From Chrysomallon squamiferum (lineage: Eukaryota; Animalia; Mollusca): DNA of 64,000 nucleotides. A model generated the notes under the pieces. The model had not been told where the DNA came from. It searched no databases and saw nothing but the letters and a program-made list of their open reading frames with translations. Location of the stretch: positions 29,450,001 to 29,514,000 of the forward strand of contig CM022670.1 in NCBI GenBank assembly GCA_012295275.1. The letters are read 5' to 3'. The position numbers and the translations under genes were made by a program. Position 1 is the stretch's first letter, and each line of letters opens with the position of its first letter. This document shows positions 12,901 to 37,200 of this stretch, piece by piece.

Positions 12901-15367
12901 GAAGCAAGTTCATCTGGATCAAGTTCGACTGAAGCAAATTCAATTGAAACAAGATCATCTGGATCAAGTTCAACTGAAGCAAGTTCACTTGATACAAGTT
13001 CATCTGGCTCAAGTTCAACTGAAACAAGTACTTCTGGTTCAAGTTCAGTTCAAACAAGTTCAACTGGCTCAAGATCAGCTGAAACATGTTCAACTGATGC
13101 AAGTTCATCTGGATCAGGTTCGACTGAAGCAAATTCAATTGAAACAAGTTCCTCTGTATCAAGTTCAGCAGAAGCAAAGTTCAACTGAGACAGGTTCATC
13201 TGAATCAAGTTCGATTGAAGCAAATTCAACTGAAACAAGTTCATCTCGATCAAGTTCAATTGAAGCAAATTCAATTGAAACAAGTTCATCAAGATCACGT
13301 TCAACTGAAACAACTTCACCAGGATCGCATTCAACTGAAGTAAGTTCACCTGATACAAGCTCATCTGGATCAAGTTCATCTGAATTAAGTTCATCTGGCT
13401 CAAGTTTATCTGAATTAAGTTCATCTGGCTCAAGTTCAACTGAAACAAGTACTTCTGGTTCAAGTTCAGTTCAAACAAGTTCATCTGAATCAAGTTCAAC
13501 TGGCTCAAGATCAGCTGAAACATGTTCAACTGATGCAAGTTCATCTGGATCAGGTTCGACTGAAGCAAATTCACTTGAAACAAGTTCCTCTGGATCAAGT
13601 TCAGTTGAAACAGGTTCATATGGATCAAGTTCAACTCAAGCAAAATCAGTTGAAACAGGTTCATCTGGATCGAGTTCAACTGAAGCAAGTTCAACTGATA
13701 CAAGTCCCTCTGGATCAAGTTCAACTGAAACAAATTCAATTGAAACAAGCTGCTCTGCATCAGGTTCAACTGAAGCAGCTTTATCTGGATCAAGTTCGAC
13801 TGAAGCAAATTCAGTTGAAACAACTTCATTTGGATCAAGTTCAACTGAAACAAGTTCCTCTGTATCAAGTTCAACTGAGGCAAATTCAATTGAAACAAGT
13901 TCCTTTGATTCAAGTTCAACCGAAACAAATTCCTGTGGTTCAAGTTCAACTGAAGCCATTTCAACTGGATCAAGTTCAAGTGAAGGAGGTTCAACTGAAA
14001 CAACTTCTACTGCTTCAAGTTTAATAGTTTCCAGTACAACTGTAGGCACTACGTCTAGCGATACCCCCAAAACGGTACAGAATACCAATATGGCAACACA
14101 GTTTCCTCTGACAATTGTCAAACACGAAGAATGCAGTTTTGCAGCTGGAGTTGGTGGTAATGCGAAAACTGGTAAATATAGTTATGGAATACCACCACGA
14201 TGCCTCACTCCTAAAGTAATGGGCACCAAATGTTTTATGGAAAATGAGCATATAACTACTATTGATTTGAAACATACTAAAAAATACCGTAAAAGGAAAG
14301 TCATAGAATTCGAATGCTCAAAAGGATATAGTGATGCAATAAATGACGCTTACGGACCTGCTAATGATGCTTTCTTCCATGGCACAATCACCCAGAGGAT
14401 GCTGAATGAATGGTACGGAGTCAATCCACTGAAGAAACCTTCACTGCTTGTTCATTACGGTAGAAGCTTGGACAATGCCTATTGGCTGGATTCATCTGTA
14501 ATACTTGGAGACGGGAATACTATGTGTTATCCTTTAGTCAATTTGGACACTATTGCACATGAAATAGGTCATGGGGTTACTAAAGTATATAGTGGTTTAG
14601 AACACTGCGAACAATCTGGAGGTATGGATGAAGCTTTCTCTGATATTATGGGAGAAACAGCTGAAAGTTTTTTGTTCAACTATCTGAATAATTCTAAAGC
14701 AGACAACGACTGGTTGAGGGGAATGGAGGATACAAAAGATAAGAATGTACCTTTACGATATTTCGATAAGCCATCGCGTGACGGTTCTTCCATCGACAAA
14801 GCAAGCGAATACACGAAAAATCTTGATGTTCATCTTAGCTGTGGGGTTTATAACAGAGCCTTCTATCAAATCTCCAAGATTTACAAAGTTGCCATTAGAT
14901 ATGCGTTCGAGGCATTTCTGACTGCTAATCGAATATACTGGAAGACGAACTCCAACTTTGTTAATGGCGCCTGTGGGGTGATGAGAGCTGCTTACGGACT
15001 AGGTCTGGACGTAGACTCATTCAAGAAAGGTTTTGCTGCTGTAGAAATTGAAACTTGCGACATGAATGATTATTTGCAGATGTTGACGGCTGATCAGCCA
15101 CGTAAAAGCATCAAAGTATCCAGTATCAGGCAGCCTGTGTTTGGAATTAGTCTGAAGGCTAGTACTTCTTCAGTAACCGTAACCGCTAGCGATAAGAAAA
15201 TCAAACTGGCGATTTCTACTACTTGGTCCAGAGATTCTCCTGCAGCCACTGGTCAAGGTTCTGTAACATGGTCAACTGGTGGAAAAACGGGCACAATTTA
15301 TGTCAGGCTGTTCACGGATGATGAAAAAGAGATAATTCTGTCGCAGCTGACGTTGTCTGTTCAGTAA
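6984..15367 (+). CDS. Secreted M4 metalloprotease, copy 2, with a giant Ser-rich repeat linker; exons 6984-7011 and 7410-15367, with frameshifts at ~10636-10656 and ~13177 as assembled
   Basis: Spliced signal peptide MAINALLLT|VFAAVTVGVVHA; propeptide nearly identical to copy 1; intact HEIGH, DEAFSD and DVHLSCGVYNRAFY in ORF 12869-15367. The N- and C-terminal ORFs are in the same frame and the middle of the array reads in a shifted frame. Confidence 0.85.
8020..14010 (+). repeat. Coding tandem array of 15-bp units (e.g. TCAAGTTCAACTGAA, TCAAGTTCATCTGGA) with higher-order duplications
   Basis: Pentapeptide periodicity (SSTEA/SSSGS). Near-identical blocks recur at 645-bp and 1710-bp offsets, seen from repeated shadow ORFs (9117/9762; 10844/12554). 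Confidence 0.95.
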
Positions 15368-15738
15368 AATAATAAAGTTAGGAAAAATTGACGTAATAAA
15401 GTCTCTCTATATATTTACATTTGAGATCATTTTAGATCATGAATTGTTTTTTGGTTTTTTGTTTTGTTTTTTGCAGCATTTATTATATCACTGGTTAAAT
15501 AAGCGTTGGTATCTACTTCATTAATAGTAGTAATAGTAGTAGTAGTAGTATTAGTGGTAGTGGTAGTAGTAGTAGTAATACTACTAATAATAATAATAAT
15601 AGGAGAGAGCAAGTAGCCCATAATAAGCACAAATTCGATATATCCTTCCTTTGTAAGTAGATCAGATCAGTTAATCGGTAAGTCTATATTTATCTACCTA
15701 TATATTTTTCTATATATCTGCTTATCTCTCTATATATA

Positions 15739-16893
15739 TACTCTCCCAAAAAAGAAAGGCAAAAGTAGATTTTATTGACATTGGGAATATCTATCTAATG
15801 GATCAACAGAAAGCAGCAGAATGTTCACATTTTACACACACTTTCGCTGTTCATTAATATTGGTGGTATTACATTGAAAAGGTTGAAGTTCAAGGTTATA
15901 ACAATATAATATCAATACCTTGTGTGCCCACTATGGGAGTCCAGAACTGCCTGACATCTCCTTCTCATGGCAGTAATGACATTACGAATTACACTTTGTG
16001 GAATGGTGGCCCACTCTATCTGTAGTAATAATGCCAACTGAGCACGATTCTGTGGCTGTGGTTGATGCGGCCTCAGTCGTCTATACAACTCTATAGGATT
16101 CAAATCCGGAGATTTACAGGACCTGAATGTTATTGTTGTGTAGGTACGCTGTTGTGAGTCTGGCTGTATATGGTCTCGCATTGTCGTGTTGGAATACAGT
16201 ATTACCATTATTCATAATTGGAACGACATGTGGCTGCAAAATTTCATCTCGGTATCTCTGTGCCATTACGTTGCCTTGAATGTGAACCAGGTTGGTCCTG
16301 CCAGTGTATGAGGTTGCTGCCCACACCATCACACTACCACCACCAAATCTGACCGCTTCCTGTATGCAGTTTGCAGCAAAACGTTCGCCGCGATGTCTGT
16401 AAACTCGACATCTTTCATCAGCTCGACGAAGCAGAAATCGAGCCTCGTCACTAACCCATACAGTTCTCCATCATAACTGAGGCCAGACTCTGTGCAGCTG
16501 ACACCATTGACGTCGTAGTCGACGATGTTGTTGAGTCAAAACCACTCTTCTTACAGGCCATCTGGATCGAATACCTGCCTCGCGTAAACGATTGCGCACT
16601 GTCTGAGCCGATATTCTACGCAGACCTGGTATTGTGGAAGCAGTAGAGGTAGCCGTGGTGGTTCTTTCCCGTAGATGAAGTACCCGTATGTAGCGGTCCT
16701 GGGCCCTGGCGGCTACAAGTGGTCTAACTGATCTGGGACGGTCACCTGTTGTTTGGTGTTGCTGGAACTGATACCACAATCTCAAGATGGTGCTTGGGGA
16801 TACATGGAACAGTCGGGCTATGGCCGAGAAGGATTCGCCAGCTTGTAAACGGCCGATGGCGTTGTTTCGTTGCGGTTCACACAGTCGTGACAT
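15739..16893 (-). mobile_element. Tc1/mariner-superfamily DNA transposon with a disrupted DDE transposase (15912-16893)
   Basis: HTH N-terminus (AIARLFHVSPSTILRLW, SAQTVRNRLRE), stop at 16471, then WRTVWVSDEARF, MVWAA, VFQHDNARPY and SPDLNPIE across frameshifts. A putative TA+CTCTCCCAAAAAAGAAA end lies at ~15739; the other TIR was not found. Confidence 0.88.
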
Positions 16894-17558
16894 TTGTTTG
16901 ACGTTGGGTCAGAACAAAAATAACGAACAGAAGTTTTAGAAAACCTTGCATTTTTATAACCCTCGTATTCAAGTTTCATGTACGCACGTGCTCATGCACT
17001 GGTAAAGTGGTTTGCATGCGGGGACGTTTTGGCTAATAAACACACAAAAACAAAATGTCTAAACCTATCTATATCAGTCCTGTAGTTAACATAAAGAGTG
17101 AAAAATGTATAATATAACAAAAGTACTTGTAAAACACTGCAGTTAAGCTACATCATTAACAATTCCGGCTGTCTGCAAAGAAGTAGCAACAGTTACGTTG
17201 AAAACCGATGAAAATATTATATTATAATTAATACTGTACGTGTGAAAAATCTTGATCATAATTAATATAAGTAGTGTACATCCAAGAACTTCTAATATAC
17301 AACATTCTTTTAAATTATATTTATTGAAATAATTAATACGTATCGACGTATATAAATAATTTCCTTCACCTTCAGAACCATCATAAAAGAAGCTTCATTA
17401 CTAGCACATAATTTTACTCGTTTTATAATATTCTAGCTGTTAACCTCAAAAGTCTCATTTGTATTTTGTTGTTGTTGTTGTTGTTGTAAAAATGTTGTAC
17501 TTTCTCAAAATAATAATCGTATATTTTGCTGAACAAAACTGTAACAACAACAACAACA

Positions 17559-17602
<44 letters not shown>

Positions 17603-17986
17603 TGGTATACTGACAGATACATATTACTTCAAGAAAAAACAAGGTGATCGAAAGAAGGCGTTGATGTAAAAAAAAACAATGGAAACAAATGAAAAAAAAA
17701 CACGCATTTATTAACAGCAGATTTAGCAGCACAAATATTAACAAAGGAAATTAACACAATCTTAAAATCGAACATATGTATTACTATAACCTTGTACTTA
17801 TACAATTAAAAACAAGTCTAAAAAAATATTAACCCTAATAAAAGAAACAAACCGATATAATTATATATATTTTATTAAAATACATTTCTTTTTTCGTCTG
17901 ATAATTAATAAATTAATTGTAAATAATAGTGCACAGTATAAATGCAATGATCAGCTCGTAATAGTTTACAAAGGATAGAGACACTA

Positions 17987-18189
17987 TACTGTAACTACAC
18001 CATACAACTACATGTACTGTAACTACACCATACAACTACATGTACTGTAACTACACCATAAAACTACATGTACTGTAACTACACCATACAACTACATGTA
18101 CTGTAACTACACCATAAAACTACATGTACTGTAACTACACCATACAACTCCATGTACTGTAACTACACCATACAACTACATGTACTGTA
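17987..18189. repeat. 28-bp minisatellite (TGTACTGTAACTACACCATACAACTACA), ~7 copies
   Basis: Near-perfect tandem copies with a 28-bp period. Confidence 0.95.
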
Positions 18190-18603
18190 CTATGTAGAGA
18201 TTTACCGCAACCACCCTGACCACCGATTCACGTCATCATGTAAAACTGTTAATTCACTAAAAGAAATTTATTTTGTTTATACACACATTTGTTTTGTCAA
18301 ATATGCTAATATATGTCTTGTTTATGTGATGTTAGATAATCGTACAAGTATAGTCAAGTTGTTTAATTACAAGAAACTTGGCAACGGATAGGTAACAAAC
18401 GTATTTGAACCCATAGTAAAGATTTGGATATACACTGGAAGACAAAACGTCACATTTCTGTGACTGTCGGGTATCAGCATATTGTTTTTATCGGGTTAAA
18501 ATTCATAAGACAGTACCTCTTGTTTTAAATGAAGTTCTAAATAATAATAATAATAATAATAATAATTTTTGTTATCATCATCATCTCCTTGTTCACTCTT
18601 TTT

Positions 18604-30372
<11,769 letters not shown>

Positions 30373-30874
30373 ATTGATAGGTTTAAACACCTTCCTGCCT
30401 GAATCGGAAATACAAAAATAATAATTTAAAAAGTAACTGATTTATACAGAAATGTAACACAAACGCTACAAGGGGTAAAGAAAAAAAATGTTTGTAATCT
30501 GTTAGATCTTAGTAATGTCGTAACAGTATTGAGCATATGGCCGCAGGCGACATCACAAAACCTATAAAGTAATTTTAACTAAATCTTTTCTAAACTTTGA
30601 ACAAATATTTGAAAGCCGAAAGACAGTTTTCGCATTCCGCAAGTAACGACTGTTGTTTGTTTTGGATTACGTGGCTCGTGTTTCAGTGTCCGCGACGTTG
30701 AAGACTAATGTCACTGAAATGTTTTCTCATTTTAGCATTTCCAGTTTGAATTCATCAACGAAATTAATTTTAAAAAAAATAAACATTTCTGTCATATCAT
30801 ATGACAAAATAACAGAAAAACAAAAACAACAACAACAACAACAACAACAGTAATAAATAAATAAATAAAAACTT

Positions 30875-30958
<84 letters not shown>

Positions 30959-31512
30959 AATAAATAACAAACAATTAAATAACAAATCTAAATTAATATT
31001 AATATTATATAATATTTTTGAAGAAAATGGGGTAACTGTCAATAAACAAAATAATGTTTCAGTTGACAGAAAATAAGCTAGAACATCACAAAATAAATGA
31101 AGACTCAGTTTATCTTAATAAAGGTACAAAATTTAACAGATATTTGCATGTCTTATAAGTAAAAACACGTTTAGTTTGTATATCTCCAAAACCAACATTA
31201 ATAAAAATAATAATTAAAAAAAAAATTAAATTAAAAAATTAAATCTATAACAAACAAACAGACAAACAAAACAACTAAATACAAAACAAAATTAAAATTT
31301 TATTAATTTAGAATTTAAAATAAATGATAATACAAAATAATCAAAATAAAATAGAAAAGTACATGACTTTCTCTAACCCTACCCCGCAAAAACGTTGAAA
31401 ACAGATAAAAAGAGACCTGTGCTAACATAGAAATTAAGTGTTGATTATTTTCAAGTAAGGACTGTTACAAATTCAGAGCTTTCAGATGCATTAACATTTA
31501 TTTTTATTTGTG

Positions 31513-31598
<86 letters not shown>

Positions 31599-33963
31599 GT
31601 ATATTTATGTTTGTGAATGTCTGTGTGAGTGAAAATAAATTATAACGCGGAAGTGCAAAAGCAAAAACCAAAACAACCTTGAACTATAAATAGAAACTAT
31701 ATTAAAGATCAGTCATTAATTAAACCTCCTTAAAAGTAATTCATCAAAATTAACAGACATGCTAAATTAATTATCATCATATACTGTTCAATGTCATACA
31801 AATTTAATTAGACTAAATGTAATTACGCAATTTAGCGCGATTCAAAGTGGGCGAACCTTACAGCTGCACATTTTCGTTTTACGTCAATCAGTAATTTTTA
31901 TCTTATTTATTTATAATACACACGTTTTATTTTTCTGAAATTCCTGTCTGAACACAGATAAAACAATATTATTATTTTTTTTGTATTTAAGTATTTATTT
32001 AATTGTTTGTATATTTGCTTGTTTGTTTATATTATAATCATCATGATACTCTTTGACACCGCCATTATTTTATTAATTAACTAATTAATTAAATTATTTA
32101 TTCATTTGTGTCTTTCTTTTCTTTTCTTTCTTTATTCATTATTATCATAATCATCGTCATCATCATTATAATTATCATTATTATTTTATTAATAAACGAA
32201 TAACGGATTTTTTTTATTACTTCAAAGTATATTTTGCTTCTCGAGTGATAACTTCACTTTGTAAAAATGTCTACGGACAAACATTGTTTTAAATCTTCCT
32301 GTTTTACAAAGTGATCAGTTTGTGGAAAACTCGCAACTATGAAGAGATTTTTAATAATCTAAAGAACTTCAAGCAATAGTGTGTGTTTTATAATTATGTG
32401 TGTGGATGTATATATGTGTGGATGGATGTATGGATGGATGGATGGATGGATATGAGTATGAGTGCATGGCAGTATATGCATGTATGTGTGTGTATACGTG
32501 ACGGAGAAAGAAAGAAAAAGAGAGAAACACAGAGACAAAGAGAGAAAAACAGAGATAGAGAAGAGAGACAGAGAAACAGAAAGATAAAGAGAGACAGACA
32601 GACAGAAAGAGAAATAAAGAAAAAGAGAGAAACAGAGAGGCAGAGAGTGAAAAACAGAGACAGAGAGAGAAAGAGAGAGAGAAAGAAGTAGAGAAAAAAA
32701 AAGAAACAGAGAGAGAGTCATTGCTGGATACAACGTATAAACACAAACATCTTTAGTACAATTATGAATCATTTTTTATTTTATTTTTTACTTTATATTA
32801 ATGAGTAATAAAGAAAAATAAAGGGACAGAAAGCAAATTAAAATCTGTAATGTGGGGTCAGTGGATTTTTTATTACATAATCCAGTTCATAATCACTGAG
32901 TTACTACACCAGCTCAAGGCAATTTTATAAACTCTTCGGTAAAATTCATTATAATTATGTTTGTATGATTCTTTACGAGAAATCTTTAAACAGAAAGTGT
33001 GTGCTAAATACAGATTTTCAGCGAAATGCACGTGATGACTGCACAATAACATAGTATGCAATGAAGCATCACTTTTCTTAAGTTAATTCTGAATTTTAAA
33101 CATATGAAAAGCTACCTTTATGTCATAATGAATATTCTCTTTTACTTCCTTCTGCATTAATCATACTTATTTGTCACACCCCATCGGGAAGTTATTAATT
33201 AGCACAGAAATGAGAGAAAAAAACAATTTTTAATATACTTTATTAGTTTTAACCAATTTCTCACTTCCTTTAACATCAATGATGGTGATTAATAATAATA
33301 ATCATCAATTACGTTTCCTTATGTTTTTTCTCTTTACAACAAGTTACCCAAATTCTAAATAATAATAAGTAAGTACATAAAACACCTTCATAGATACACT
33401 GGTGAAAATGAGATATAAAGATATTATAACAAAGACTGTTGGCAAATATCAGTTGATAAGCAATTTTACAGAAAAAGAAATTATGTGCAGGATGAAGATT
33501 TCCAAGGATTGAAAAAAAAAAAAAAAATTGTAATTAGTTGCAGTAATAGTTAATAATAATAATAATATCAAAAACAACAACAACAATAAAAACACAGCAA
33601 CAATTACAACTGCTGGAACTTCAATAATTACAACTATTACGACCACGACTACCTTATTACTAATAATAACACCTGATCTTATTCCTGTTAATATTATGAA
33701 TAAAGTGTACAGGTAATAAAATTCTAGTAATAACAACAACAACAACAATAATAATAATATCAATAGTATAGTAGTAGCAGTAGAAAACAGTAGTTATGTA
33801 GCACAGTGGTGGTAGAAATAATAGTTGTTGTTGTAATATAGACAGTTATACCCCAAAATCGGCGATCAATACCAGTGGTGTTCCTGAGATATAAATATAT
33901 ATATAAAGTAGAAAGAAAGATTGATACAAAGAATAACAAATAAAAAATCTTGAGAGTACTTAC

Positions 33964-34190
33964 CGAGAACAAAAAATGCCCACGCACAGTGTGAAGAACA
34001 AGGGATTTATAAATACTGGCACTGCGACTTTTAATCAGTATTGTTATTACTCAGCATACGTACGTTACTTCCTTGTGTCCGTGGATGTGTTGTGTCACAC
34101 GCCTCGACGTCTTCCAGAACGAGCCATGAGTCGGAATACGCTTCTGACTTAAATAGGCGGAGTCAGTCACGTCATGACGTTATGAACGTG
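33964..34190 (-). promoter_or_regulatory. Putative promoter and non-coding first exon of gene A
   Basis: Locally GC/CpG-richer island. On the minus strand: TATTTAA (~34149-34155), a GC-box-like GGCGGAG, CRE-like TGACGT half-sites, and a GTAAGT donor at ~33958-33963. An acceptor lies just upstream of the ATG exon (~30399). Confidence 0.35.
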
Positions 34191-35211
34191 CACCACGAGC
34201 CATCAATCAAGTCAATTCTAGGTCGAGAACTGTGCTACATTCGTGTGAAACCAAAAACTAGATAATTATGATCGCAGATTCAACACCACTTTGTGCACTC
34301 TTTGGTCTGTTTCCCGTTCCTGTCAGTGCTTTTGTCTGGTTTATCAAAGACGGTCTCGTGTACTTTTTTGACAATAGGAAGTTGCATGTTTCTTTTTAAA
34401 AACTAATCGAAAATAAACAATAAATAAATAAAATATCCCGTTTCGCTATTCGCTAGCAGGTTTATGAAAGTCTTGATTAAAAATATTTTCATTACGCTAA
34501 TATTTATAACTATTTTCACTTGTCAAACAAAAATAGCTGCTTACAAATTTTTATATATTAGTGTGTGTGTTTGTGTGAGTGTGCATGTTTGTTTTTGTTT
34601 TTGTGCGAGTGAGTGTATGTGTGTATGTTATGTTTGTACGTGTGTATTTGTGTGGGTGTATAAGTTTGTTTTTGTGTAATATGTTTATCTGAGTGTGTGT
34701 CTGTTTGTCTGAGTGTGTCTGTATGTGCGTGGAAGTTTTTCTTATTTGTTTTTTTGGTTGTTTGTGTTTGTGTGTGTGTTCACTGATAGTACTGACGTAT
34801 ACTCCACGTTGTTTTTCGAAAATGTTAAATTTTTATATAACGATATTAATTGTTCACGAAGATGAAAAATCCAAGTTAAAAATGCTTGCACATCATTGAC
34901 GTTAGTTGATGTTTTTATAGGTTAGTGACGTAGTTCTTTGTTTTGCTGGTTGTGATAAGTTCTTTGTTTTTTATGTCTGTGACATATTGGTAACTCGTTC
35001 ATGTTTAACACTAAAGTTGTCCTATAATTTAAACATTTCGTTATTGCTGATTATTTCATTCTTGAAAAATGATGATTATTGTGTAATCGGGCATAATGTT
35101 GATTGTTATTATTTGTTTTGTGTTGGTTTTTTTCCCAGAATATTTAAATTAATATATAAAATTTGTATTGAGTGATCCAAATTTATTTATTTGTAGTTTT
35201 AATAAATAGGT

Positions 35212-35618
35212 TCATACTACCAGTGTAAGTGATATCATGAGGTATATGATAGATAAAATTCAACATTAATATATATATATATATTATATAAAAGGAGTCA
35301 AATTTGAACTATAAAACTTTTTGATTTCTGAAAATTTTAAATATCCTCTACCAGCCTGCCACCAAAAAAGAATAATCGCCCTAGAAGCAAAACAAAAAAC
35401 AAAATTAAGAATTTAAGTCCCATAATGTGATACAAACCCGAATGGCTGCATAATAATGAATTTTTCATAAAGAAGATGAAATGCGAATATATATGAATGC
35501 AATTATCTATTTATATAAATTGACATAAGACAAAATGGCACGGTTGGTTAGATTTGTGACGCCCGTCTGTCCGTTTTGACGTTCATCCGTCATGATATCA
35601 CTTACACTGGTAGTATGA
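35212..35618. mobile_element. MITE-like element with a perfect 29-bp terminal inverted repeat
   Basis: TCATACTACCAGTGTAAGTGATATCATGA (35212-35240) is the exact reverse complement of 35590-35618; the interior is non-coding. Confidence 0.75.
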
Positions 35619-36868
35619 CTGTTTCGCCTGAAGCTGTAACTCTTCTTAACTCGAACACACATTCAAGTTTCGTCTACAAGTGACCATTTTAGAAATGGCG
35701 GTTACAGGATTTCCGTACACAGTGTGGCGACTTTAACTGACGGTAAATTTTGAATATTTAAAAGTATCTTTGTTTGAATTACCATTCTCCAATGACTATT
35801 TTGGTGAAAATTCTTATTATAGTAAAATTTGAAACACTGACGAGGATGCATTTTTTAAATAATTAATGATTTTATAATAGTATTGTGTAAATATAAATAA
35901 CTATATATATATATATATATGTATGTATTTATATATCTGTATAAGTAGATATATATGCCTACATGTATGAATATGTAATTAATAATTTTAGTTGTTACTA
36001 TTATTATTATTAGTAGTAGTATATTATTGTTGTTGTATTGTTTTAATCAAAGGTGTGTATGTGTATATGGAAGGGTATGTGGTTGTATTAATCTATTTTT
36101 GTGTGTATATTTATATGTATGTATTTTGTGTGTATATATATATGTATATATCTGTGTGTGTGTGTGTGTACACATACACCATATATGTGCGTGTGTATAT
36201 GTGTTTGATATACGTGTACGTGTTTGAGTATGTGTATGACATATTTGATATACACATACACACACAGACACATAGATACATACATACATACATACATACA
36301 TATATGTATAATTGTGTACATGTATGTGTGAGACACACATGCACAGATATGGACATTATTCTCCCAAGTCTTTTCTTTCCAAAATTACACGAAACTTACT
36401 CATGTACATAAATAAATGGTTTTCAAAATTTTTCTAAATTTTCTTAAACAAGTGTTTATGTCAGCCGAATACCTATCCCATGACGTTAAAATATATTAGA
36501 CTGAAAGATGTACTTAATTACTTTTCGCGAATTATTTTTATCACGAACCTCGGGTTACCTGCACAAATTACCGAGGGTGGGGTATTTTGTTGTATTGTTT
36601 ATTCATTTTGTAACTAAACACACGAGGAAAACGTAAGACATTCAAATGAATAATTTTTTGTATATAGTTTAATGCATTATTTGAAAAACGTTTTCTAGCA
36701 AATAAATAAAATAAAATAAAATAGATCTAAATAAATAATTAACTAACTAATTAAATAAATAAATATTTAACAAAGAATCAAAGAAACAAATAAATGTTAG
36801 CATACAGATAAAAAGTTACTAAACTGGAATGTTATAACGTATTAATTTGTTATTTGACTGTTTTGTAG

Positions 36869-37164
36869 ATGCACAGCGCACCTCGCACTGTGCTTGAGTT
36901 GCTGGTGCTGGCGTTGTTGCAGTTGAAACACTGTCACGCTTACAGCACTGGAGCACCGGACACTGCCTGCAACACCATGTCACCTCACCACGGCTTTACT
37001 AAATCATCCACTGCGATATCTCCATTTGTAGTGCTTGTTGCCAAAAATTCATACGAACCAAATGAAAACATTAAAGGTAAGAATAAAATACACACACACC
37101 CACACACACACACACACACACATACACAAAACAATTAATAGAAAAATGCTTTACTGCATGTTTA

Positions 37165-37200
<36 letters not shown>

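Noticed and set aside
8020-14010. Possible CRISPR-like array
   Set aside because: There are no unique spacers or cas genes; it is a contiguous coding tandem repeat in eukaryotic context.
8067-14121. Many overlapping ORFs (QVQLKQVHLD, MNLLQLNLIQ, ELDPDELVSV) on both strands
   Set aside because: These are shadow frames of the 15-bp coding repeat; only the Ser-rich frame links to the protease domains.
2037-15367. Bacterial contamination as the explanation of the M4 genes
   Set aside because: Conserved spliceosomal introns, polyA signals, microsatellites and animal transposons are interleaved with the genes.
30653-36411. Short low-complexity ORFs (poly-I/Y/L, CVCV, SLSL, THTH) here and throughout the window
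   Set aside because: They are translations of (AAT)n, (CT)n, (GT)n and (TATG)n microsatellites.
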